64,000 bases of DNA from Antedon mediterranea. Lineage: Eukaryota; Animalia; Echinodermata. The stretch is from the NCBI RefSeq assembly GCF_964355755.1, contig NC_092671.1, forward strand, positions 16,988,001 through 17,052,000, given 5' to 3'. Shown here one piece after another: positions 62,866 through 64,000 of this stretch (position 1 is its first letter; every line of letters starts with the position of its first letter). The notes beneath the pieces are model-generated. The model searched no databases. It saw nothing but the letters and a program-made list of their open reading frames with translations, and was not told where the DNA came from. Both the position numbers and the translations under genes were made by a program.

Positions 62866-64000
62866 TGAATCAAAACAATTTCTCATTTTGAATAAATTCT
62901 GTGTTTTATTGGCTCTTACCTGACGTCCGGTTTGCAAGTTTTAGAGAAGTCTTAATATTCTTATTTATACAAAAAGAAACAAACTTACTCAACGTACAGA
63001 GTTGCGAACACAAGTGATTAGGCGCGCAATGTCTAACGACGACTAGCGTTAAAAAAGATTATTTAAACAAACACCAATAAACAATCGAAGGTCAAGCATA
63101 TTTTATTGATCAAATTATTATCACATAAAGCAAAAATAAAGCGACAAAGTCACATTCATAATAACTACTTCGTGTCTTCAACAAAACAATACACTTTAAC
63201 TCTGTACAAACATATCTTAGACATACAATAATATTTATAACTCTTTGTTGGGACGATGGATTAACCATTCTGTTTTCAGTCATGTTAAAACGCTTGTATC
63301 TCTTTCATGGATATATTAAACATTACACATAATGTTTTTCGACAAAAAAAACTTGGAAAATATTAATTTCAGAATATGATTTAGGTTTCATTTGAAAATA
63401 GCACGGATGGTTAATGTTGTCATTCGATACTCCTTCGAGATCATACATCATTTTATTTTTATCCTCTAAACTTAACAATTGCACAAATTAATTCACTTCC
63501 ATCCCTTCAAAGAATATTCAACCTTGAATATTTATATTGTTAAAAATTTGATATTATTCAAAACATTCTTCCAAATCCGATATGATATTTATCAAACAAT
63601 AATTTGTTAATTTCAATTCATTAATATTTACACAAATCCTAAATTGTGATAGTCCAGTGCGCAACTCTGCTCACCTCGAGACTCGACAGTTCAAACGTTT
63701 ACCAATATTGACAACCATAAAAGATGATCTTAAAGGTGGTTTGTTGTGGAAAATCTAAAAATTAAAATAAAGAAAACTTGAGGTGTGATGAATCAACTAC
63801 AAAATATGGTGACTTGATGACAGGACAACTTGGTAGGCTGTAAGACAATTTCAAAAACGATGATTATTTGAGTTATCTATCAACGTTAGTTACAATTACG
63901 CCTATGATCAAATATTTCTAAACCGTTTCTCCAATTAAAGACCACTCAAATTAAATACCCTCCAATTAAAGACCAATGTACCGCGACCCCGTATGGTCGT

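Noticed and set aside
63100-63720. Possible decayed L1/Tx1-like LINE fragment on the minus strand
   Set aside because: Only vague motif resemblance, with many stops; not supportable without a search.

Overview
AT-rich, intron-rich animal genomic DNA. An invertebrate deuterostome such as an echinoderm is plausible, but that is inference. Three complete multi-exon genes were assembled by hand with consistent splice phases. (1) A spondin-1/F-spondin-like gene on + (3594..27157, 11 coding exons, ~606 aa): signal peptide, Reeler, Spondin_N, an unusual Met/Pro/Lys (MPPK) repeat exon, and only two TSP1 repeats. (2) An atypical E2F7/E2F8 repressor on - (42315..29882, 10 coding exons, ~942 aa, two DNA-binding domains), with a ~5.8 kb 61-bp satellite in an intron between the two domains and two E2F+CHR-like promoter modules upstream. 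(3) ARMC8/GID5 on - (59266..47181, 21 coding exons, ~659 aa), whose last intron is GC-AG. The rest is MITEs (Harbinger-, hAT- and Kolobok-like), tRNA-derived SINE remnants, LINE fragments and tandem repeats. Three of the main tandem arrays appear to have grown out of transposon termini or interiors. TAGGCCTA/CTAG palindrome clusters sit next to the candidate first exons. Most ORFs in the supplied track are spurious. Gene names come from remembered motifs, not from database searches.
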